Part shown: positions 51,623 to 64,000 of the stretch, piece by piece
Layout of the letters: each line of letters starts with the position of its first letter
How positions within the stretch are numbered: the first letter of the stretch is position 1
Source: Felis catus
Taxonomy: Eukaryota
Direction of reading: 5' to 3'
Assembly: GCF_018350175.1 (NCBI RefSeq)
Contig: NC_058368.1
Location: 89,344,001-89,408,000, forward strand
DNA length: 64,000 bases
The notes under the pieces: model-generated
Database searches by the model: none
The model's input: only the letters and a program-made list of their open reading frames with translations
What the model was told of the DNA's origin: nothing
Translations under genes and position numbers: made by a program

Positions 51623-53997
51623 TGATTCTCCTTTTCTAAGCACTTAGTGGCATCAAGGTGGGTTGGAGTGAGAAGGATCCTGTACACTGGGCTGCATGTC
51701 TTGGGGAAAGCCACTGCTGTTTCACACTTCCATTGTCCCTAAGTGTAGGAGTACAGGTGACAGGTCCCTCAGGCTTTACCACCAGTCTCATTTTCCTCTG
51801 GGTAAGTTTTCAGTCTATCCTTGACTTGGACCCTGGAGATGGAAAGGACTTGAGGCCTCAACAAGAAAGGGCCCTAAGGAGCAGGAGTGTAGAAATGACT
51901 ACTAGTGTCAGACCCAGATGCTTTGCACTTGCCTTTTAATGGGTTTCCTACCTACCCCATGATACGGCTTGGTTCTGTCCTTGAGGACTTTTGTTAAATC
52001 TGCATCAGTCGGATGTACTGACTAGAAGTTCTTACCTTACCTGAGAATGCAGATAAAAGGGAGAAGCTTTTAAGTCAGAAGACCAGGCTCTGCACTCACT
52101 CACCCAGGCATCTCTAAAAGTCTTGGAGCGTTAATTTTTCCAGGGTTAAAAGTTAATATTTACTGAACACTTAACTTACTATGTACACCAGGCACTGTAC
52201 TAAGCACTTTTCATGGACTATCTCATTTAAAACTTCAGACAACCCTGTGAGTTTGATATGGTTTCTGTCCCTGTTTTACAGATTGGGAAATAGACTTAAG
52301 TAATATACACAGGGCCACATAGCTACTAGTAAGTGATGGACTTAGTTATGACCTGCCCCTGTGCCCCTGCATACTGTTAACAGTGTCATCACCATTTAGG
52401 TGTCTGTCGTTAGTTTGACTTTACTGATATGTGACTTCTTGGAGTCTGATTCTAGTTTGGTTAATACTTTGCACCCTACTTCTGGCCTTTACTCTTTTGG
52501 GATACAGGTAAAGGAGATTGGTCTGTGAGACAGCCAGCACAAATAGCACTACTTAGTGAAGGCTGGGAAGGGTTTGAAACAGTGGGACCAGGAGGAAGAG
52601 AGGGTAGCTCCTGTGTGCTCTGTGCATTACCCCAGTTTTAGAGTAACGAGTCTAGAGCTTCTCAGCTATGAGTGGTACAGCTAAGACAAACTTACATCGT
52701 CTCATGACAAGAAACTATGTCTTCCACACAGTGATACTCCCAATTACTAGGGGAGTTTTCAAAAGTACAGTGGGCCCTACCACTAGAGATTCTGAGTCAG
52801 AGACAGGGAGAGTGTCTTTAAGAAAGCCCAGCCTAGCATTGGCATCACTGCATTGGTAATATCACCTGTTGTTTAGGCTCTGTGTTGTTAGGGGAGGTTG
52901 TGATTTCCTTTTGTCCTTTTTATCTCCTCTTGGCTCCTCAGTGGGCAGTTTGTTAATTAAATGTTGGGATGGACTATTCATGGACATTCCACTTGTTCTC
53001 CACCCTCCTTCTACAGGGCTCTTCTGAAGGGCTTCTGAAAATGGATTTTTATTTGTGAATTTGTGTTAGCCATATCTGTTGTATGCCAGCCTAGTAGGGC
53101 TCTGCAATTTGAGGAGGCCACATAGATGCAAATAATCTGCCATTAACTGATCAGCAAATGTAAATACATGGATTTTATTATTTAGAACTAATTTGAGTGA
53201 TTCCTTTTTTAATTTACAGGCCATTTTATAGGTACGTAGTTTATTCTTTTCAAATCTGTACACTAACTAGCACTAGTTTGGAACAGTGTTGTTTTATAGA
53301 AATATTTTTTATTGAGTAGGTAATAATATGGATGATGTATAAATAAATCTCCTAAAAAAGTGAAAGTTCTTGAAAATTTCTCTTAAAATAGTACTCTGTT
53401 TGGACTTGTGCTCATGAATTTGTCAATGATTTATGAAAATTATTAAATGGGAAATTTAAGCATCATAAATTCTGAACAGGATTGGAGAAAAATAGAAGGT
53501 AATATCAAAAAACAAAATTTTTTGTAGTTTATGCTACTTTCATGTCAGGGGTTGATTGTAATATTATTAATGTAATTTTTTCTAGAACCACTCATCCTGT
53601 GCAACAACCACTGCCTTTTGTACTCTTCTCTGGGTCAGTAACCTCTTTAGTTCAAGGGTCATTATCAGGTTGTCATTGGCAGTTTAGACATAGGTAGAGA
53701 ATACTAGATAACATTTATTGATCTTTACTATGTGCTACTGTGTGAAGCATACTGTCCATAACATGCATTCTGTTATTCCCAATTCCCATGTAAGATGAGG
53801 AAATTGGAAGTGCTGCTTGCCTCAGGTCACCTGGCTACATTTAGGTTTAGATTGGAGTCTAGGCTTGAGCTCTTCTGCTCTGTATTACCTCTCAAGGAAA
53901 AAGGCAGAAGTAGTAGGAGACATAAAAAAAAAAAAAGGAAAGAAAACAGGTTGGGCCTATTTCTGGTCTCTAACAGCCCTTTAAAGAAAAAGATTCT

Positions 53998-55140
53998 GGG
54001 GGTACCTGGGCGGTTCAGTCGGTTAAGCCTCTGAGTCTTGATTTCAGCTCAGGTCATGATCTCACTGTTCCTGAGATAGAGCCCCATGTCTGGGGGCAGG
54101 GAGCCTGCTTGGGATTCTCTTTCTCCCTCTCTCTCTATCCCTCCCCTTGCTCTCACAAAATAAATAAATAAACATTAAAAAAAAAAAAAGGAAAAAGATA
54201 CCATTACAAGAGATTGGAACATAGAGCTCAAATGCATATTTGCCGTGAAGGTTAAAATCTTAGGAAGAGAGAGGTTTTGTTTTCCATTTATATTTATTTA
54301 ATAATAATTAAAAAAAATTTTTTTAATGTTTATTTTTGAGAGAGAGAGAGTGTGAGCTAGGGGAGGAGGAGAGAGAGGGAGACACAGAATCTGAAGTGGG
54401 CTCCAGGCTCTGAGCTGTCAGCACAGCATCGAACTGATGAGTGGTGAGATCATGACCTGAGCTGAAGTGGACATTCAACCAATGGAGCCATCCAGGCGCC
54501 CCAGTAATAATTTTTTTTAAGTTTGTTTATTTTGAGAGAGAGCTCATGTGAGGGTGGGACAGAGGGAGGGGGAGAGAGAAAATCCCAAGCAGGCCCAGTG
54601 CTCTACTCAAGGCTTGAACCCACAAACTGAAATCATGACCTGAACCAAAACCGAGTCTGTCTCTTAACTGACTAAGCCACCCAGGCACCCCTTGTTTTCC
54701 ATTTAGTAAGTGAGTGAGAGAGAAAGCAGATGGACAAAGAGGCATAGAAATTAAAATAAGTAAAGTGGGGCCCCTGCCCCACAAGGAGCCATTGTGTCCT
54801 GGCAGAGACATATTTAAAAACCATTACAGTGTCTAGGAAGTATTGTAAAGGTTGTATTCACGTTCCTTGGGATGACAGAGGAAGTTGGGGGCAGGGAGGA
54901 CCATGGTCAGGTAGCTGGTATTTAAAATTTTTTTTTTTTAACGTTTATTTATTTTTGAGACAGTGAGAGACAGAGCATGAACAGGGGTGGGTCAGAGAGA
55001 GGGAGACACAGAATCTGAAACAGGCTCCAGGCTCTGAGCTGTCAGCACAGAGCCCAACGCGGGGCCCGAACTCACGGACCACGAGATCATGACCTGAGCC
55101 GAAGTCGGCCGCTTAACCGACTGAGCCACCCAGGCACCCC
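53998..55140. mobile_element. Cluster of four Can-SINEs in TRIM41 intron 1 (one +, three -)
   Basis: 53998-54190 +; 54315-54501, 54513-54691 and 54927-55140 -; the last is flanked by AGGTAGCTGGTATTT repeats. Confidence 0.9.
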
Positions 55141-55671
55141 AGGTAGCTGGTATTTTAAAGGAAGAATGCCTTGGGCCAGGTGGAGAAAGGAAATCCCAGA
55201 AAGAGGGAAGAGCATGTATAAAGATAATAGAATTACATTCGGGAAAAGACAGTTTTATGTGGCTAAAACTAAGAGTCTATGTCAGAAGGGGTAAGTGTAG
55301 TAGAGAAGTCTAGAAATGTAGAGGCAATGAAGGAACCTCATATTTTGCAGGTGATTGAGAACCACTGAAAGATTTTTAGCACAGGCACAAAATCATCAGA
55401 GAAATATTTAGAGATGAAAGTTATGAGGAAGATTGCTTTTGAGGGCTGGAACATTTCATATGGAAGGACCTTGTGTGGTGAGGGGCTCAAGCCAGGTCCA
55501 CCCCAACTCTGGGTATGGAGCTCTATGGTCACCAGGATCCTACCAATAGAGAACACACTCAGCGGTGTGTTCTTCTATACATGAGTGCAGGCAGAGGGTT
55601 GGAGGCCTTTGTCATCATCTGAAGAGAAGAGAGGGGAGGAAGAGAGTATGATGCTCATCTAATACCTGTGA

Positions 55672-55896
<225 letters not shown>

Positions 55897-57496
55897 TGAT
55901 AGGGCTTACTGGCTCTGTGATCAGGGCAGGGAACATGGGTTGTCTACTCTCAGAAGTGGTGACAAGATTCCCTGAAGAGGGACCTGGGAGAGAGGTAGAG
56001 ACATTCCCACGGTTTTGAAGAGAGAGGGGCCTTAAAGGGTCAGGGGGCACATTTATTCTAGGTTCCAGAATGGAGTGGAAACAGATCTAGTGTAGAGAGG
56101 TTGGGTCCGTGGCCCAAGCCTGAAGAACAGGCTTACCACCCCAGACACCTCACTTCAAGGCCTGTGCCCACCAGGCTGGATAGCACAGAGGGCAGAAGTG
56201 GGCAAGGCAAAATCTACATAACAGCCATCAGAGAAGCCCCAGGTCCCAGGACAGATGGTAGGTGGTAGGTAGAGCAACCCTGAGCATGAACGGGAAGGGG
56301 AGGGCATGATGTTTAATAGAGGATAGAATGTTACAGAGACTTTGTCTTCTCTAGTCCAGTGTTTCTCAGCTGTTTTTCTTGATTGATCACCCCTCTCCAA
56401 GGAGTATTTTTAGATATTTTTTCCCTAATACCACCCTCCCCACCCCCAACTCTGTACGTGTGTTTGTAAGGTCAGCAGAAACTGGAATGGCCTGGCACTG
56501 AGCTTTGGAGACCAAGACAGGACATCCTTCTTGTCTGACCTCTTCCCTCATCTTTCCCTGGCCAGTGGGTGGGTCTTGCCACTTCCCAAGTCTTGTACTT
56601 ATTTTTTTGCCACCTACACATTAGGGACTCTGCTGCTGGCAATTGCCACACACTGAGTGTGTCTGGGAGCCAGGGGGTCCTCTTAGCCAAATGCTCAGAT
56701 TGAGACTTCTGGGGTCCTGGGATGCAGAGAGAAGATGTCAGAGTCTGTGTATCACTGGGACAGAGAGTGAAGCTGACTTTCCTTCACCGACTTACCCAGT
56801 CAGAACTTCCTTCCTCACTGTGGCCTGTCCCTCTTTGTCCCAAGAATGTCTCTAGCTGATGATACCTGCATGGAAAGCATGCCCACTATCTGGGATTGCC
56901 CAGTCCAGGCAAATGGGGTGAGATTAGGCAGAAGTTTTCTCTGATTATATATAGACTACAATCTACACAATGATATCCATGATTTTGGCTTTTGGCTTTT
57001 AACGTGTAAAATAACATTTGGCCGTTTACAGAGAAAGTTTGCTAGACTCCTGATCTAGAAGGATTCGGTGACTTTTCCAAAGTCATTAGTAGTGTAGTCA
57101 AGACCCTAACTTGATATCTTGATTCCTAAATTTTTAATTTATTCATTGCAAAAAACTTTTACTAAGTACTGGTGCTGTTCTGAGGTCTGAGGATCCTGTG
57201 ACAAAAAACTGGTGGAAAAGGATGTTAAAAGATACTTCAATGTAAACAACATTTCAAATTAATATTAATGCTGTGAGGATATATAATGAATGATATTTAT
57301 GGGAGATACGATGGTATTTATGGGGGTAGTCCTGATTTAGATCTAGTGGGGAGAGAAGGCTTCTCTCAGGGAATATTTTTAAATTTAGATCTGAAGAATG
57401 AATCAAGTTAGATAGCCAGGGTGGAGATAAGTTGCAGGCAGAAGTTAGTGAGTTTGAGACCAGTGTGCTTTGGAGTGTGGGAGTGGTGCCTGGTAA

Positions 57497-57940
<444 letters not shown>

Positions 57941-58438
57941 TAGGCAGTGCTTACCAAACATCTGTTCAGAGCTGCCTCTCTTCTCATTGGGAGGACCCAT
58001 GATAATTTAACCTAAGACCAAAAGGTTTTTTGAGGCTGGGGACAGGGTTAATGCCAAATGTGGTGTGTGTGTGATTATACCCAGTGAAAAGAAAGAAATT
58101 CAATTGTATAAAGAGGGTTTTAAAGTAGAGTCAAGGAAAGAATTTTTGACAGAGACATCCTGAGAAAGATGCCTAAGTCATGTTGTAAAAATTCTTTTAC
58201 TGGGGTTGAAAATTCTATTATTGGTCTCACGGCAGGATGAGATAAGTGTGCTAGGGCATAGGGATGATTGAGATGGATACACACTGAGGGTCTTGAGGGT
58301 TGCTTTTTCTTACTCCCTGTTCAAGTTCAGTCCTTTCTCTGGCTGGAATCAGATTGAGAGAAAGGAGCTGTCTGTGTGCAGCTGACTCTCTCTTTGTCTC
58401 TTTTTCCCTCTCCCTCTTTTTGTTTCTGTTATTCCCAG

Positions 58439-58461
58439 GACATCAAGGAGACTTTCAATAG
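58439..58461 (+). CDS. TRIM41: TRIM41 coding exon 4, 23 nt
   Basis: long polypyrimidine tract, cccag|[37 protein letters not shown]. Confidence 0.92.
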
Positions 58462-58851
<390 letters not shown>

Positions 58852-59161
58852 TGAGGAGGAGGTTGGGCCTGGTGGGGGGAAGATTGGGGCTAAGGTGGAG
58901 CAGGATACAGGTAGGCCGCTTGGGGCTTCAAGCTAAGAGTAGTTTTTGACCTAGACCAGGTAGGTGTTGATGGTGGGAGTGGAGGGTGGATAGCAAGAGC
59001 CAGGGCCAGAGGGAAGACCTGTCCAGGGTCCTGGAAACAAGAGTTGGGGAAGAGGTGGAGCTCCTAGGAACTACAGTCTGGTCTCTAGGATGGGGAGGGG
59101 TGAGGACAGCTGGAAGGCAGGCAGGGAGGGAGGCAAAGGGGAGGGCAGCAGGAAAGGCTGA

Positions 59162-59833
<672 letters not shown>

Positions 59834-60451
59834 TTAGCCTGCCACCCGCAGGGGCCCCTCTGGTCAGCACTTGAGGGGCGGGTGGTGGTGGAGGGTGTCC
59901 CATAAGTTTAGGGGCTCAAAGGCTCCTTCCACTGTTGCTTCCCACTCCCCTTTGACCCCAGGCCCGCTTCTCCCTCTAGGAGCCTAAAGAACCTTCCTGG
60001 CCTGCAGCTCTGCCTTCTCTCACCTGCAATGTCTGTCCAACAGGTCTGCATGGGTCCCTGATGAGAACAGCTGCCTGGTTTTCCTTCCCTCTGTCCACCC
60101 AGGGTTTTGAGTAGGAGTTGAGGGGAGATTTAACTCTATTACTTAACTTCCCTTTCCTTGCCCCTACTCTTCACCTTTGTCAGTTCCCAGGCTGGGATAT
60201 TTGGGCAAGACTCCTGTCTGCCCCGAATTCCATTTTCTGATGCAAATTTTAGCTAAGGGATTTGGAAGCTTTTTGGGGAGGCGGGTTAGGCAAAAGGGTA
60301 GAGCTGGGTAATAAATGTCTATTCTCTGGGGGAGGTAGGAGGGATTCTAGACTCCTTCCATCCCCAATTTCTACCTCCATAGACTGGCCAGAATTAAGCT
60401 TGAGATCTGGAATGGTCAACACAATTGAAACTACATACCATTGTATTACCC

Positions 60452-60896
60452 AATAAATTATTTTCTCCCCCACCCTTTTTCCAGCACTCACATTAGGAGT
60501 AAAGCTCACCCTGCCCATCCCCTCCAGGTCTTTTCACTGCCAGGCTCCTTTCCTCTTTGTCCAATGAAGTTCCTTGTGTCAGTATCCAGCCTCATATATT
60601 AGTTCTCTCCATCTGGTGAGCCCTGACCAGGAGCCTGGGGACAGGGGTTTGGATCCCCAGGAGAGCCTTGGGTATAATCTATTTTTCTAGTAACCCCTTG
60701 CCTTTTGTCACTTGTCAGCTTTTGTCCTTTGCTTTGATGGCAGAGGTCAACTTCTGTTCCTGGGGGAAAGGGAAGACGGGATGTGTTGTGGAAATAAAGT
60801 TTATTTGCTTCTTTTGTGGAGTCCTTTCCTTTAGGTGAGCAAAAATAGAATGTAGGGCCAGGGTTTCTTCCACAGTAAGCCAGTCTCTCCAATAAA
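60452..60896 (+). terminator. Candidate TRIM41 poly(A) signals
   Basis: AATAAA at 60452, 60793 and 60891; the 60793 copy is followed by U/GU-rich sequence. Confidence 0.55.
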
Positions 60897-61691
60897 CGTA
60901 ATGACACATAATGACACAGAACTGAGGACTGATTGTACCTTCCCCATAACCTGCGTTTTACACCACTCATGTTATTTCCATAGATTGGGGTATTCACTCT
61001 CACCCCATTTGAATATCTACATAGTTTTATTGGTACCCTCTTCAGCATGCACTTTGAAAATTGTTTGCCACTTGTGTATCACTGCTTTGAGGTTTTAGGA
61101 TTCTGGTTTTCCCAAGAATCTTTACATTTCTAAAGTCTTTCCATGTGATTGCATCTAGTTGAAATCCCATAAAATTGAAGCTAAAGCCACAGTAGCCTTA
61201 TCACCATTAGGAGTTGATGGCAAAGGAAACTGTACAGGCTACTTCAACATGCTACATATTTACTTAGCCACTACCTGAGAAAAAGCCAGCTGTAATTGTA
61301 TTTATGAATACCTGCAGACTACATAATTTTTAATCTCCAACAATGGAGGGAGTAAAAAGGACCTGATCTTAAGCAGAAACTCTTTTGGGGAGAGTTGCCT
61401 TATCATAGACGAAGGGTTCAAAAAAATCTCCATTTTAACAAAAAGACAACTTGACAGACTACACTAACTTGAGTTTCAAAATATCTCATATTACCTTGAG
61501 GAATGACAAATGCCTACTCATTTATGTTACAGATTGAACTGAGATTTTACTATGCCCAAGGAACATTTTCTCCAGGCTTAAGCGAGGCCCCAAGGATCTA
61601 TACCTGAGACACAGTACATTGTGATGCAACCCAGCATTAGAAAGCAGTTTTGCTTATCAGAGAAAGACACTATAAGTCAGCAAACCAATGT

Positions 61692-61697
61692 TTTATT
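61692..61697 (-). terminator. RACK1 poly(A) signal
   Basis: AATAAA on the minus strand about 22 nt after the stop codon. Confidence 0.8.
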
Positions 61698-61719
61698 TCC
61701 AAAGTTCTGCCCTCTATTT

Positions 61720-61812
<93 letters not shown>

Positions 61813-62148
61813 TCATGTCAGAGCCATGGAACTCTGCATTCCCTTCTTTTAAGACCCCCAATCTTCTAACCACCAGGTTGTAGGTGGTATGTATTCCTAG
61901 AGGAAGCAACAGCTGGTAGTAAGGACTCATACTCTTGTAAAATGATTAAGTTATCCAAAGTGTTAACTGAAGGTAGGTAATCATTGCTTGTTAGATCAAT
62001 TTTCCTTCCAGTGCAGGAACATGTACTCTGTTCACTGGTAGAGCTAATTTGGTTCTCTCAAATCAACCTGGCTAGTTTTGTCATTTCATTTTATGTCAAA
62101 GACATTCCAAGAGCAAAGAGGGGGAGAGAAAAGGTAAAAGCTGAGTCA

Positions 62149-62553
<405 letters not shown>

Positions 62554-62652
62554 TCAGCAGTTGTTCAGGAAGCTCGAATCCCAGCAGTGACATATCAGGA
62601 AATCACAACATTGCCATGGCTCACAAGAGTAAAGCCAGGAGCTCGGCCCTCA

Positions 62653-62886
<234 letters not shown>

Positions 62887-63157
62887 TTAATCCTTATTCT
62901 CCCTCCCACAACTTCCCCAAAGCTAATGATTCAAATACCAGTATATCTCTGAATGCCCCTCCGTTAATGCATGACACCCCATCAACCCTACCAAGGCCCT
63001 GACAATTTCTAAAATCACTACAATCAGTTCTGAAAACAGAATTCTAATAACAGCTTTAAGAAACCAGCTTTACTGAAAACAATCTTTTAAACAGTATGGT
63101 GTGTATAATTTTTAGAAAACAATTTTCACAAACATTTACTCTCGGATTGCTACCTTA

Positions 63158-63337
<180 letters not shown>

Positions 63338-63734
63338 CTAGATATGGGAGGGTTAGGGGTAATAGGTGAAAAACCTGGCTCCAAATCCACTGGCGTCAGG
63401 AGGGCTCAAGACAAAAAAGGCATGGCACCTTCTTTAAAAGCATTTCTGGATATGGTGGCCATTTTTCATTCTACCAGTAACAAAAAAGGTTAAAGAATTT
63501 GTCTTGGTCACCTAAGGACAATCAAGATTAAATAAAGAATGCTTCGTTGCTCTACAAGGGATATTGGGTTCAATTAGCTACTCCATACCAAGTATCAAAA
63601 ACTAATAGTTAGAAAACAACAATAGGAAAAGTCAACTGAGAAATAAAGCTTTCAAAGTTAGAACTTATGACCACCTACGAGGCAATGGGAACATTCTGGC
63701 TGGTAAAAGCCCTACATCCTGACTTCAAGCTCAC

Positions 63735-63830
63735 CTTGACCAGCTTGTCCCAGCCACAGGAGACAATGATGGGATTGCTGCTATTGGGTGAAAAGCGGAC
63801 ACAAGACACCCACTCCGAATGGCTCTCATC
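63735..63830 (-). CDS. RACK1: RACK1 internal exon (exon 4 by human numbering), 96 nt; the gene continues beyond the window
   Basis: ctag|GATGAG...[40 protein letters not shown]. Confidence 0.96.
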
Positions 63831-64000
63831 CTAGAGGACAGAAAAGAAGTAAGGAGAAACTATCCTGTCCCATGAAACTACACCCCTTACCCCTTCCCTC
63901 AGTTACATGGGAGGTACACTGATGGCTTTGCACTCACATCCCTGGAACCCAAACCTTTAATATCAACAGAACCCCTTTGGAGCCCAAGCCAGGCTTGAAA

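Noticed and set aside
55546..55578. Hairpin AGAACACAC/GTGTGTTCT in TRIM41 intron 1
   Set aside because: A 9-bp stem is expected by chance in 64 kb; no other support

Overview
Felid (cat-like) genomic DNA, judged from Can-SINE/SINEC_Fc-type and L1_Fc-type repeats. It is syntenic with the human 5q35.3 TRIM7-TRIM41-RACK1 locus. The window holds a complete 7-exon TRIM7 (minus strand, 506 aa by my exon assembly), a complete 6-exon TRIM41 (plus strand, 629 aa) arranged head-to-head with it, and the last five exons of RACK1 (minus strand) converging on TRIM41. There are seven intact tRNA genes (Pro-TGG, Thr-TGT, Ala-TGC, two Lys-CTT, Val-AAC, Val-CAC), two decayed tRNA genes (Leu-AAG, Val-like) and a tailless U2 snRNA retro-fragment. 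The first 18 kb is almost all repeats, dominated by a 7.6 kb LTR-bounded class I ERV with a scrambled env-IN-env interior. I did not find a convincing new biological system. The most interesting observations are a mirror-symmetric tRNA/TRIM layout, a Val pseudo-tRNA with a perfect 5' part and a heavily mutated 3' part, the mosaic provirus, a 107-bp templated insertion, a G4/hairpin element just before the TRIM41 ATG, a palindromic two-way poly(A) signal, and an unexplained CpG-retaining segment near 43.5-44.2 kb. Repeat family names are from recognition only and were not searched.
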